A stretch of 64,000 nucleotides of DNA from Octopus vulgaris (Eukaryota): NCBI GenBank assembly GCA_951406725.2, contig OX597837.1, positions 18,662,001 to 18,726,000 of the forward strand. Reading direction: 5' to 3'. The notes under the pieces were generated by a model, which saw only the letters and a program-made list of their open reading frames with translations, was not told where the DNA came from and searched no databases. Of the stretch, positions 15,541 to 29,258 are shown piece by piece; the first letter of the stretch is position 1; every line of letters starts with the position of its first letter. The position numbers and the translations under genes are program-made.

Positions 15541-15975
15541 TTAATTTATTATATAGAAGGAGCTTCTACAGGACTAGTACTGTTTCATTCAAGAGAAATC
15601 TTCAGGAAGCTATTTAACAAGAATTGTATTAGCATTTATACATTTAGGCAGGTTTAAAGGAGTGGTGGTGGGGGACTTTTGGGGGTAGGCATAGCGCAAA
15701 ATATCATACTTGAAGTGGTCAAGGAGTCAGTGGTAAGTTAGATGAAAGAATAGATAAATAAAAATATTTAAAATATTTATCTATTCTTTCATCTAACTTA
15801 CCACTGACTCCTTGACCACTCCCCCAAGTATGATATTTTGCGCTATGCCTACCCCCAAAAAGTCCCCCACCACCACTCCTTTAAACCTGCCTAAATGTAT
15901 AAATGCTAATACAATTCTTGTTAAATCTTCCTAGATTTCTCTTAGTCTATAAACTCCTTCTATATAATAAATTAA
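15541..15975. repeat. Long inverted repeat carrying a hammerhead (Penelope pLTR-like)
   Basis: About 150-bp near-perfect arms 15612-15760 / 15775-15926, extending imperfectly to 15541/15975. Confidence 0.85.
15562..15610 (-). ncRNA. Type I hammerhead ribozyme motif (same family as 4349-4397)
   Basis: Minus strand: gcttc-CTGAAGA-tttctcttgaat-GAAACAG-tactagtc-CTGTA^gaagc. Confidence 0.7.
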
Positions 15976-15976
15976 A

Positions 15977-16062
<86 letters not shown>

Positions 16063-16140
16063 CATATATATATGTATATATACATATCTATATGTATGTA
16101 TATAAATATATGTGCTTGTATATGTATGTATATATATACG

Positions 16141-16264
<124 letters not shown>

Positions 16265-16341
16265 CATATATATACACACACACTTATATGTGTAAATATA
16301 TATATGTGTATATATATGTGTGTCTGTTTTATATATATATT

Positions 16342-16560
16342 GGCGCGGGGTGGCTGTGCGGTAAGATGTTTCTTCCTTACCACATGGGTCTAGGTTCAGA
16401 CCTAATTATGTGTGTCTTTGCATTTATTCTAACCACCGGTCATCGCTAGACAACCGTTGTTGTTTTGTTTTACGTCCCCGTATGCTAGAGATTCGGCAAA
16501 AGGGAGCGATAGAATAAGTGGCTGCACTCTCGTGACAGAAACAGGTAAAAGGTAAAAGAA
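16342..16560 (+). mobile_element. SINE family A, degenerate and deleted
   Basis: ggcgcggggtggctgtgcggtaag..ccacatgggtctaggttcag..tttacgtccccgta..ttcggcaaaag. Confidence 0.65.
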
Positions 16561-16638
16561 TCCGGAAAATCGACCACAAGACCTTATGGCTTGTGAATGA
16601 CCTTTCATTTTTTTTTTCATATATATACCAACGAACGC

Positions 16639-16671
<33 letters not shown>

Positions 16672-16802
16672 TGTATGTATGTATGTATGTATGTATGTAT
16701 GTATGTATGTATGTATGCATGCATGTATGTATGTGCGCAGATTTGCATGTTTTGTTATATGTATGTGTTCTCATGCATATAGTTGCATGTCTTGACGTGC
16801 TC

Positions 16803-17003
16803 GTATGATAAACTTCTGGAAAGTTTTACAGATTTTTACAGTTCCAGTGATGACTTGGATCTGTCGTCTTCGAATCAGGTTTTCCCTTTCTGGTTTTGAG
16901 AAGCCTACTTTCTCAAGATTGGTATTTAGGCAGTGTGTTACATATCCCAGTGATCCAAAGATTACAGATATAAACCTGAATTTGCAACTTGGATAGAGTA
17001 GCT
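16803..17003 (-). pseudogene. R4/Dong-like retrotransposon C-terminal fragment
   Basis: [34 protein letters not shown]; overlaps the peptide of 6296-6640. Confidence 0.7.
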
Positions 17004-17272
17004 GTAGATTCCTCAATAGTTTAGATGTATGTATGTATGCATGTATGTATGCATATATACGTACATACACACACATGCACCCACACATATGTAATCATGC
17101 ATGCACGTATACACGTCTATATGCAAGTGTTTATGAGTGCATGTACGTATAGATATGCATGCATATATATATAGATATGCATGCATATATATATAAATAT
17201 AAATATAAGCCTTCATTCCTCTTGTCGAGGCTCTTCCTCTTTTTCTTTCTTTTATTCTATATATCTTTCTTC

Positions 17273-17373
17273 ACTCTGATGAAGCTCCATGTGTTACAAA
17301 ATATGACCAATATTATTCTCAGAATTTTCTTTGGCAAATCTGTAGGACATTGGAAACAGAAACGGCTGTTAGA
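17273..17373 (+). ncRNA. Degenerate minimal hammerhead motif
   Basis: CTGATGA-agctcca..tggaaaca-GAAACGGCTGTT^aga; stems weak. Confidence 0.4.
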
Positions 17374-17474
17374 TGGGATAAAGTTTTGTATTAAAAAATG
17401 ATAATCGATGGTATTCCATTATTGTTGATCATGTTTTTTTCCAATTTCTGCTTAATGCATATATACATACATAG

Positions 17475-17557
<83 letters not shown>

Positions 17558-18039
17558 GGTGAATAAAGGTGAATATATATATGTACATATACGCATATAT
17601 GTATGCATAAATATATATAAATGTATATATATGGAGGCTTGCTTGCATATGTATATATGCATATATGGTCGTGTGGATGGATGTATGCATGTGTATATAT
17701 TTATATATGCGTTTTGTTCTTTAAGTGTATATGCATCCGTGAATTCTTGTGCGAACGTAAGAATGCATGCAAACATACAAACATCGATACCTTCACACAC
17801 ACACACGCACACACATTCACACACACATTAAATTGTGCCGCATACAGTGGTGACTTGCTGTTGTGAATGCATATCTGGTAAATTTGAAAGCATCAACTCT
17901 GGCTACACATTTTTCCACATTATTTGCTGACATTACAGTTTTAGAAAATCTTAAATTTATTCCTGATTATAGAGGGTTTTATTGTTCTTTTCTTGTTTTT
18001 GCAAGTGATGTCCGTTAAAGAAAACTGACTTTCGCTTTT

Positions 18040-18800
18040 GTATATATGCTTTAACTCGGTAAAAATACATCTCAAGATGTCAAGAGCATCACTGTTTCAT
18101 TTGGGATGGGAATTTGCACCTCAAGAACAGGAAGGGGATGGTTCAATTAATTTCGATCATGAGACAGGTGCCTGAATAATGACCACTGTGGATACTCTTC
18201 ATCATTGGCCAATGATGAACCATCGAAACATTCTGTGGAGACTAATCCTTGGAATACTGTTCGAGCTCTTGCCGACAGTTGAAAAATTTTGAAATCGTTC
18301 GCAGGAAGTCGTCTTGCAACGATAGCGAAATGAAAAGGATCAACAAATTTCTGCAAGCTAGATGCGTCGTTTGACTGCCTGTTCTTTTCTACTTACGTGA
18401 AACGACACGGAACCATTTTTGAAAATAATTATCACCTGCGACGAAAAATGTGTTCCGTAAGAAAACAGTGAAAAATCTTTGTAATGGCTTGGTGCTGAAG
18501 AGTTACTATGTTTCAGAATCACCTTACACCTTCAAAAGTTTATGGTTATTCTTTGGTGGCATTGTCAAGGAATAATTCAATATTCGCTTTTGTAGCCAGG
18601 GATAAACAGTAACAACTCATCTTACAGCCAGCAAATTGAGGAAATGAAGTCGAAATTAGCCAGGAAACATCCGGCATTGATAAATAAACATAACGTCATA
18701 TCGCAAATCAGACCGAGGCAAAGTTGCAGCAGATTATGAAATATTGGACCATCCTCTATATTCTCCAGATTTATCACTGACAGCCTATAATTTATTTCTA
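18040..18800 (+). pseudogene. mariner transposase pseudogene
   Basis: FLKIIITCDEK, MVILWWHCQGII and HPLYSPDLS motifs, with stops and frameshifts. Confidence 0.8.
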
Positions 18801-18843
18801 TCTTGTATGTAATATATATATATATGTGTGTGTGTGTATGTGT

Positions 18844-18915
<72 letters not shown>

Positions 18916-18935
18916 GTGTGTGTGTGTGTATGTGT

Positions 18936-19031
<96 letters not shown>

Positions 19032-19032
19032 A

Positions 19033-19261
19033 GGCGGCGAGCTGGTAGAAACGTTAGCACGCCGGGCGAAATGCTTAGTGGTATTTCGTCTGTCGTTATG
19101 TTCTGAGTTCAAATTCCGCCAAGGTCGACTTTGCCTTTCATCCTCTTGGGGTCGATAAATAAAGTACCAGTTTCGCTCTGGGTCGATGTAATCGACTTAA
19201 TCCCTTTTTCTGTCCTTGTTTGTCCTCTCTGTGTTTAGCCCCTTATGGGTAGTAAAGAAAT
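19033..19261 (+). mobile_element. tRNA-derived SINE family B (Meta-like central domain)
   Basis: gagctggtagaa..gagttcaaattccgcc then gtcgactttgcctttcatcctcttggggtcgataaataaagtaccag; related copy at 61440-61555. Confidence 0.75.
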
Positions 19262-19867
19262 ATATATCTATCTATCTAATATAAGTAAGAGTCAATTGAA
19301 TTAGGTTCTTAAACTGAGGCACCTCGTTAGGTCGGAATAATATACACTCAACAATATTATGTAAATATCAAACTTGGTACCTAAGTAGCGGCCGACTGAT
19401 GTAATGTTTTCATTAATCAAATAAAGGAGTCGTTGAAAACGGCCCTAATGGATTGATATCTGTACCTCTACTGTTACTCATATACATACATACATACCAT
19501 ACAGTTAAACACATAAAAGGTATCCATCATAGGATTCCTTGCACGCTAGATGGAACAGCTAAAATCCAAACCACTATCAGAGATAAACCTCGAAGGGAAT
19601 GAAAACTAAAAACATTTACCATCTATCTCCTGGACCATGGTTTCAGACTTTTTTTTAGCAAATAAAATAATTTGCCAGGCGAAATCTTCATCAACAGGTA
19701 TGCCTAGATTAAACATATAAGTCCGAGGCAATCCAGCATGTGCCCCGTGCTTATACATTATAATTTTTCAAATCCACCGCGAAAGCGCAGATTTTTGTCG
19801 GCAGCAAATAAAAACAATACCGGCATTTCTTCGAAAATTTTCCAGAAAAAATTATCAATAATTAATA

Positions 19868-19959
19868 ATATCAGGATAATAAAAATTTTTTAGAAATACC
19901 TTACTACCAGTGGCAAACTGGTAGTAAAATATTTCTAAAATTTTTTATAGCCTTGATAT
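19868..19959. repeat. Imperfect hairpin just upstream of a Penelope remnant
   Basis: ttttagaaatac-ttactaccagt-ggcaa-actggtagtaa-atatttctaaaa. Confidence 0.7.
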
Positions 19960-19979
19960 ACATATATATAATTAAACGA

Positions 19980-20790
19980 ATGTTTTATACCTGGTAGCTT
20001 ACTGGTTTAAGTACGGTAAAGCTGGTAAAATTTTTGCCGCTTCAGACAAATGTTATTCTAAATCTGATGGATATCATGCTATTTTTAATCGGTACACCGT
20101 GAAGGTATCCTACGTTAACTTTACTAATTTAGAGCAACATATGCACCGCAAAACAATAGTAAAATACGACAACAGTTCAATAACCCACCTACTGGATCTA
20201 GCAAACATACTCATCTAAATATCAACGAATTAATGGAAAGCAACAAATACGGCCAAATTGTGATTGTAGAAATGATTATGATATAGCTAACACGGTAACA
20301 ACTTCGGAAAATGAAGTCCGAACTGTCATATATACAAATAAACATAATAAATGCTCATGCAGAGAAAAATCAAAATACCCATTGATGAACCTCTGTATGA
20401 GTACAAATCTTGTATATGAATGTACCGTGCACACAAAGGGAAGGGTCATATGTTTACGTTGGGCAAATGGTTGATTCATTTAAGTATCGCAACCATGTCG
20501 CCAGTTTCAAGAGAATCAATAAGAGACATTCAACATCTTTGGCCGACCATGTGTGGTGACTGAAGGAAGATAAAATTAAGTATAACAACTTGGTCCATAG
20601 TAAGGCATGCAAAACCATACAATATCATTTCCAGGAGATGCCGACTCTGTTCCGAGGAATCCCTGTCTATTCTCTGGACCAATGAGAACATTAAAAGAAT
20701 TTCTGAAAGGCTCTCAAGATGCCTACACGCATATAAATGTACTTTCGCACAATGCAGTGGGAATGAATTTGTGTAACTACTAACATAATT
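19980..20790 (+). pseudogene. Penelope-like element remnant (linker plus GIY-YIG endonuclease)
   Basis: YHAIFNRYTVKVSY, TNLVYECTV, STSLADHVW and CRLCSEE segments, frameshifted. Confidence 0.75.
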
Positions 20791-21552
20791 TACTTTAAGG
20801 TATGGAGGAATTAAGTTTAGCTTTAACCTCCCATTCTTATAAATACCAAGTAGCTATTTAGCTCACTATGCAAACAAATGTGCGTATGCTTACATATTCG
20901 TTGATGCTTGTATGATCGAGTGTACATGCACCATGCAGCTTGCGCGAGGGCGTTTATACATCCATATCCGTTAACAGATATGGATATCCGTTTATGGGTT
21001 TTTAATACTTTTCTCGCTGTTCATTTCTTTTTTGCATATGTTATTTTATATTTGAGAAGATACATGGCAAAACTGTTATTTTAACGAGTTATATCAATTT
21101 ATCACCCGATTAAACACATCTGCACCGTTGGATGCTCCTGAACCAGTTGTTAAGTATCCCACCCGTAAGGGATCGATGCTAGTTGTGTCGAAATAATTGT
21201 TGTGATTAATAAAAATATCACATCTTCCATCTTCCGTCTTTCATTTACCATATACTGTACTATACTATTCTATATATATTCATACGTACATTTGAGAAGG
21301 AAAAGGAGTGTGACTCATAATACTTTCATATCTATATTTATTTACTGGTTTCAGTCATTGGATTGCGACCATACTGGGGCATTGAGTTCGACAGTTGTAG
21401 ATATTTTCAGAGAGCACAATAATTATTTCAGGGTGAGTTATTTTAGTTCCCTGTTAATCAATTCACTATATCACTAGTTTTACAGAGACACAGAATAAAG
21501 TTGTTTACATCGTTTACATCGTTGTAAACATAAACGCAAACATGGATACACT

Positions 21553-21595
<43 letters not shown>

Positions 21596-21660
21596 ACACA
21601 CAATACACACATGTGTATATGTGTAGAGCGGGTGGGTAATAAATCTGGCTTGGAAGGGTA

Positions 21661-22070
21661 CTGGTGAATTTGGACCAACTCAACGCATTTGACAGGGTGG
21701 GCTATCGCTATCTGGTTGCTATCCTAAAAGCTCTTCATTTCAGTCCCATCTTCAGAAGTTAAATCACCACAATGTATCGTGGCATCTGCTCGGTATTGAA
21801 CACTTGGTCAGCTAAGGATGCTCTCTCTCCCCGCTTTTATATGTTTTGGTATAAGAACTTTTACTGCGAAGGCTAGAGCGTTTCAGAAGAATCTCGCTGG
21901 AACTAGGTCACGGGAGGCTGTGTCTGCATACGCGGACGTCTCACTGTCGTGGTATCGGACTCTTTGCTTAAAGAAACGCTCAACACTATTCTGAAAGAAT
22001 ATCAGATATGTATAGGATCACACATAAACCAGGACAAATCGATGGGTTTGCAGCTAAGCTCTTGGACTTG
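21661..22070 (+). pseudogene. Tx1/L1-like reverse transcriptase fragment
   Basis: LVNLDQLNAFDRV, GCSLSPLLYVL and VSAYAD motifs with stops. Confidence 0.7.
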
Positions 22071-22279
22071 CCTCTCCAACCTTCCCGCATGCCATCGTTC
22101 AGTGTCCATGTATTAGAGACTTGTGGGCTTGTGCTGAGCAGCTGCTCTTACGTGTAAGATGAATCCTACAGTCTATAATGAAGATCGACGTATCGCCTTC
22201 ATTTAGCAGAGAAGGGAGACAGATCTTTCTCTCAATCTTTACTACAGAAATATGGCACCTCATTTCATTGCTATTTAGA

Positions 22280-23005
22280 GGAGAACTGGAAGAGGTATTT
22301 GGACGATTGCTTTATACTTTTGAAAGACAGCATGGACAAACTCCTCGATTTCAAAGTAATGCTTAACAATATCAATAGCAACATACAATTCACCATGGAG
22401 CACAGCAGTAAACAACTCCCTTTTCTTGACATCCTAATTAAAATAGTCAATAACCACATCGAAACAGACATCTTCTATAAACCCACAGATCCTAAACAAT
22501 ACCTATTATTCAACTCATGCCACCCCAAACACATAACAATTAATGTACCTTATACTCTAGCGAAAAGAATCTGTATCATAGTTTCGGACACCAATACTCG
22601 TGAACGAAGACTCCTTGAACTCAGATCGATACTAATCAAAAGACATTACCCTATATCATTAATAAATGATGGCATTAAACGAGCTAAGGAAATAGATATA
22701 CGAACATTAAGGGAAGTCAACCGAAATACCAAACCAGACTTAAAAATACTCCCATACATCTCCACACATAACCCTAGAAACAACGAAGCCTTCAACATTA
22801 TCATCCAAAATCTACCCATCCTCACAGGAGATAAAACAATGAACAAAATTTTAGGCTCACACAAAATTATCAAAAGTAAAAAGCAACCTAAATCATTGAG
22901 AGCAAGACTACATCCATTAACAACAGAACCAAATGAAAAAATGTGGTCGACCTAACTGCGGTACATGCCCCCACTTTTGGAGGGCTCAGAGTTCCACTTT
23001 AAACA
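22280..23005 (+). pseudogene. Penelope-like reverse transcriptase C-terminal fragment
   Basis: WKRYLDDCF..IQFTME..LPFLDI..TDIFYKPTD..YLLFNSCHPKH, then frameshifted KCGRPNCGTCP Zn-linker. Confidence 0.9.
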
Positions 23006-23006
23006 A

Positions 23007-23213
23007 GTTGTCAATACAATAAATGTTACCATTATTATCATTCATAATATTATTAATAGCGCTTACATTAGGATCCAGATTGGCACATAAGTATGTCTGG
23101 GTTCCAGTTAGTAATTTTCCTTATGACATAAATGTGCCAATCTGGATCCTAATGTAAGCGTTATTAATAATATTATGAATGATAATAATGGTAACATTTA
23201 TTGTATTGACAAC
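23007..23213. repeat. Inverted repeat, 82-bp arms, 43-nt spacer
   Basis: 23007-23088 is the reverse complement of 23132-23213 with one substitution seen. Confidence 0.9.
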
Positions 23214-23520
23214 GATAATGACACTTTAGACACTTTAGAAATTAGTATGAAGTAATATAATGTACTATTGCCTATGTATATTTGCATCTAGGTACTAATA
23301 TGTGTATGTTTATTATCACAATATTAAGTCGAAAAACTGAGACGTTGAATGTGGAACATATATATGTTTACTAATTTATATTATTTATTTATATCATTAT
23401 GTATATGTATATTTTTATATGTATAGGAGTGTAAGTATATGCACTCATATGTATATATATATATGTTGTATTATGGGTATGTACCCACACCCATGTGGAT
23501 ATATATGTAGACTGATTTAT

Positions 23521-23660
23521 ATTACATAATCTCCGAAGAGGCCTTATGATATTTTTGTAAATGTCTCATTTATATCTATATATTGACCTACCATAAAAGG
23601 CTAATATTAGTAAAATGAGACATACTTATCTACATGGCCGAAACAGCTGTAAGATGTAAT
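23521..23660 (+). ncRNA. Minimal hammerhead motif in a Penelope pLTR-like repeat
   Basis: atct-CCGAAGA-ggcc..(about 90 nt, internal hairpin tgtctcatttta/taaaatgagaca)..ggcc-GAAACAGCTGTA^agat; U4 changed to C. Confidence 0.7.
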
Positions 23661-24068
23661 CTATACTTATATTTATATTTACTTATATTTATATTCTCTT
23701 TTATATATATTCTACTTATTATACATCATTACTCTTTTATGTACATTTTTTTATGTACACTACTGTATGTACACTGATTTGTTCTGGTTTTTATATGTAA
23801 CCCTACAGTCTCTTATGTGGTGGTTTAATAAAGTATGTGATTGAGTATTATCTGGTAATTGATATTTGATTTAGATGTAATTCTTCATTTTCTTATCTTG
23901 TATTAGTAATTTGTGGTAAATCATTTTACCTTTGCCCATATAATACAGTAAATGAATTGATTGCATCGCAATCATTAACATTTATGTATTAAGTTTGTTG
24001 GGTACTTCACTAGCAGTATATTGATATATGTTATCCCATTAAGGGTTGCATATACAACCCCTATCTCA

Positions 24069-24606
<538 letters not shown>

Positions 24607-25124
24607 AATGTGACGGTTAACATAAAATCAGATGCGCAGAAAAATAAGTAAGAGAAAAAAGAGAATTAATACGATTAAAAGTTTATATTGTGTACAAATA
24701 CGTGAACATATATGGATGACATAGTCCTCCTGTTAGAGGAAGACGTCCAACTTGAACCAACCATCATAGAACCAAGATCAACCGGATCACGAAGGTCAAG
24801 TGCCTTCTCCCAACTGATGTTCTTCAAATTTTTATATTGGCAAAATCTAAAAGGAATTGTCAGATATATGGACCCCAGTACTTCATTGCTACTTATTTTA
24901 TCGACAGCGGAAAAAGGAAACGCATGGTTGACCTTGTGAGTGTTTGAACCTCTGTGTGTGTGTGTGTGTGTACATAATACATACAGACAGACATGCAGGT
25001 GTTTATTTGCAATGTACTACTGTGGGATAACGATTTTGCGCATAATAAATCACAAATCATGTATATATACATACAGACACACACATATATATATATTACA
25101 TGCATACACACATATACACAGTCA

Positions 25125-25155
<31 letters not shown>

Positions 25156-26154
25156 GCATCACGTATATATGTTTATTTGCAATCTGTTTCTATGGGATAA
25201 ATGCGAATATTTTTTTGTGTAATATGTTCTGTTTATTTGGCATGTGTTTATACAACACGTGTAGATGGTGTTTATAGAGTAAGCAATTTTTACGGTTAAT
25301 ATGTTTGTTTAACATCTGTTACACACGGAAAGGTATTTTTATGTAGTTTATAAATTACGTGTTTATATATATGATACACACATTTATCTAATGGGTGTAT
25401 GTACATGATTATAGGCAATAATAAACTCAACCATTTCGCACCGATTGTTAACCGGTGTTTAAATATTTTTTTAATGGCATCCAGTTTAACAATTTGCTAG
25501 ACATGGAGGGATCTATTCGGAAAAGTGATGATATCAGTCAACCCACAGTCAAATGATTCTGACCACCCATTCGTACAGGCGATTCAGGGATCTATTCCAT
25601 CTCAATCATAGATTTTTTATTATTCTTTTTTAACTAAAGTTTGAAACTTCGTATACTGGTAGAATATCTCACGCAGAACACGGTTTACTCTGAACGTTTT
25701 TGACCAAATTTCGTATTTTAGAAGTTATTTCGTGTTAAAGTTGTCGTATTTGGGTAATTTCAACCAATTAACGACGTGTATTCTGTTGAAGAAAGTTACT
25801 GCTGTTTGCGAAAGTAATCGAAGAGGAACAAATTCCGAGTCATCTCTTCTATATGTCACCTCTCTGTTCTATTTGTATGGCGAGCGAGCCACCTTTATCC
25901 TTTCTTTTTTTCTAGTCAGCACTGTACATTCCTTACTCTTTCCCTCCCTTCTACACTATCAACTAGCAACCAGCGAACGAACTTGTCACTGTCACTACAA
26001 TTACAATATTTTCCGGTGTATAAGCCGCTATTTGTTTTGTTTTATCTTCATGTTTCGATGATGTTATTTTTTATCTAATAAAGACTTTTATATTGACGAA
26101 ATGTGCAGCATGTTTAGTATATTGATATTATTATTATATTTTAAAGTTATTTAT

Positions 26155-26292
26155 AACCTCTGACGAGGCTTATGGTTCTTTTAACATATAAGTATTATAT
26201 TTTTTAATTGGCTACAACCCTAGTATATTGACATCTATAGGCAATGAAAATTAGATTCGCTTTTGAACATAGGCTGAAACAGCTGTAAGAAG
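26155..26292 (+). ncRNA. Minimal hammerhead motif in a Penelope pLTR-like repeat
   Basis: CTGACGA-ggcttatg..cataggct-GAAACAGCTGTA^aga; intact core, 8-bp stem II; downstream ttcttcattttcttat end shared with about 23880. Confidence 0.7.
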
Positions 26293-26499
26293 TAATTTCT
26301 GGATTTCAATAATTTATAATATGACTTTTAAAATCTGTATTTGTATTATTATCTTATCTATGGATTTATATAATATTTTGTATGCTTTTGATGTCCTCAT
26401 TTGTAAAATGAATAAATAATCTGACATTATAATATCCGTAAGTTGATGAACAAACTAAATTCATTTCTTCATTTTCTTATTTGTATTCTATATATATAT

Positions 26500-29258
26500 A
26501 ATAAGGCAACTTGATGTAGTTGTGTGTGCTACATATCGCCCTCCAGATGCCCCAAGCCATGTGGGCAAGTTCGAAGACTGCCTTATAAAAATAGAAGAAA
26601 TTCTAACCACATTAGAACAACACATAGGTGTGCTTCTTATGGGAGACTTCAATCTGCCCAATGTCAGATGGCCCGAGGGCCTTTCTCTCCCAGGAATGAC
26701 AAGATGTGAACGAGGACAGGCGAGGTCCCTCCTGAACCTCATCAACACCCTGTACATGGAGCAGGTAATACTCCAACCAACCAGGGCAGGTAACACACTG
26801 GATCTCTGCTTCACAAATGACATGGATCTCATCCATAATGTGAAAGTGACACCGACACTACTCTCGGATCACAACATGATAGAGCTGACCATGTACGGGC
26901 CAAAAGAGAGCACGGACATGCAGCCTACAAGAAACCCTCAAAATCTTTCCAGCTTGAACTACCATAAGGCAAACTGGAAACAAATTGAGAAAGAGATCCT
27001 CAAACAAAACTGGCCTGAATGTCTCTCCTCGCCAGACATCGACGTGAAACTTCAACAATTCATGTCTGTAATGCAAGCCATATGCTACAAATGTGTCCCA
27101 GAGAGAAAGGCCACTGTACACAAGAACAAAATCCCCAGAGAGAGGAAAATTTTAATGAGACGGCGTACGAAATTTTCAAATCGCCTAAACAAACAGATTG
27201 AAAGCAGTGAAAAGTCCCGCCTAAAAATAAAACTGTTGGAAATCGAAAAATGTCTGCAACTCTCCCATGAAAAAGAAAGAGCAGACAAAGAAGCCTGGGC
27301 TATAGAAAACATAAAATCTAACCCCAGAGCTTTCTACAGGTATGCCAAAGAAACAGCTACAGTGCACTGTAGAATAGGGCCACTCCTTGAAAAGGATGGC
27401 ACACTTACAGGAAAACCAATGAGGGTAAGTGAAATACTGAATGAGCAATTCAAGAGTGTTTTCACTCCACCCCTTGGGCATCTCCAAATCACCAATCCAA
27501 CTGACTTTTTTACCACTGCAGATATAAAATCAGAGGCGGCGACGATAGATTACATCGATATAAAGGAAGACGATGTAACCAAGGCTATAGATGAAATGAA
27601 AACAGACTCAGCTACTGGCCCCGATGGATTCCCGGCAATCCTCCTAAAAGCATGTAAGAGAGTCCTAGCAAGACCACTGCAGTTCCTCTTTCAGAGCTTC
27701 CTTGCAGCTGGCAAACTTCCAGGAAAACTGAAGGAAGGTAAAATATGCCCCATTCATAAAGGAGGTAGCAGAGCGGAAGCCAAGAACTATAGACCTATCT
27801 CTCTGACCTCACACATCAGCAAGGTCATGGAACGAATAGTCAGAAGGAAGCTGATCACCTTCCTTGAAGAGAATGACTTGCTGCCCGACACCCAACATGG
27901 TTTCCGACCAGGGAGAAGCTGTTTAACTCAGCTCCTACAACACTATGACTGGGTGCTGAAACGGCTGCTCAACCACTCAAATGTGGAAGTGATATATCTC
28001 GACTTTGCAAAGGCCTTTGATAAAGTCGATCATGGAATGATATGTCACAAACTGCGTGATCTCAACATAGTTGGAAAACTGGGAGAATGGCTTCATGACT
28101 TTCTGAAGGATAGAAGTCAGGTGGTAGTAGCCAATGGGGCCACCTCCATTAACACACAAATAGTGAGCGGTGTTCCGCAGGGCACTGTTTTGGGACCACT
28201 ACTGTTCATAATGGCCCTCTCAGACATGCCCTCAGCCACGCAGAGAGCCACGATCACAAGTTATGCAGATGATACAAAAGTCTCACAGGCAATACAGAAC
28301 CCTGAGGACACTAAACACCTGCAATGTGAGCTGGACGAAATATACAAGTGGGCTGAAAAGAATAGCATGCAGTTCAATGCTGGAAAGTTTCAAGCTTTAT
28401 ACTATCAGCATGCAAAACTGAATGCAATACCCAATGAATACACTGGACCCGGAGGGATTGCAATCCCAGAGGCACAATCAGTGCGTGACCTTGGTATTCA
28501 CATGAGTGATGACGCGACCTTTCATGTACATGTTGCTAAACTGACAATGAAATGTAGACGGCTGGCTGGATGGATTCTTAGAACCTTTAGAACAAGAGAA
28601 CAAGAAACCATGATGGTCCTCTGGAAGACACTTGTCCTAAGCCACTTTGACTATTGCTCTCAGCTATGGTCACCATCCAGTGTCAAGTTGATCACAGAAC
28701 TTGAGGCGATCCAACGAAGCTACACAAAGAAGATAGCCTCTATGCAGAATGTAAGCTACTGGGAAAGACTCAAGAGATTAAAATTATATTCCCTGGAGCG
28801 TAGGCGGGAAAGATATGCCATAATATACATCTGGAAGATCCTGGAGGGAAGTGTCCTGAACTTTGGCATCGAGAGTTACGCAAATGCCAGAACTGGGCGC
28901 CACTGCGTGGTGCCTAGGACTCCAAACCTGCCATCAAGATGTAGGACAAGATTCTGTGATAGCCTGGGCTTCCGAGGCCCACAGCTCTTCAATATCCTCC
29001 CGAAGAACCTGAGAGACCTGCATGGGGTGGATACAGATGTCTTTAAAATGAAGCTGGATCTCTTCCTGTCAGGTGTCCCAGATGAACCAACTTCACGGCA
29101 GGAGGGGCAGATGAGGGCAGCTGCATCGAACTCTCTCATGCACCAAATAGCAGTTGCTAGAAAGCCTCCATGAAGTGAAACCAAGTAGCAACACCAAATG
29201 GCGGTGCCCCAGCATGGCCACAGCTCATAAGCTGAAACTAGAATCAATCAATCAATCA

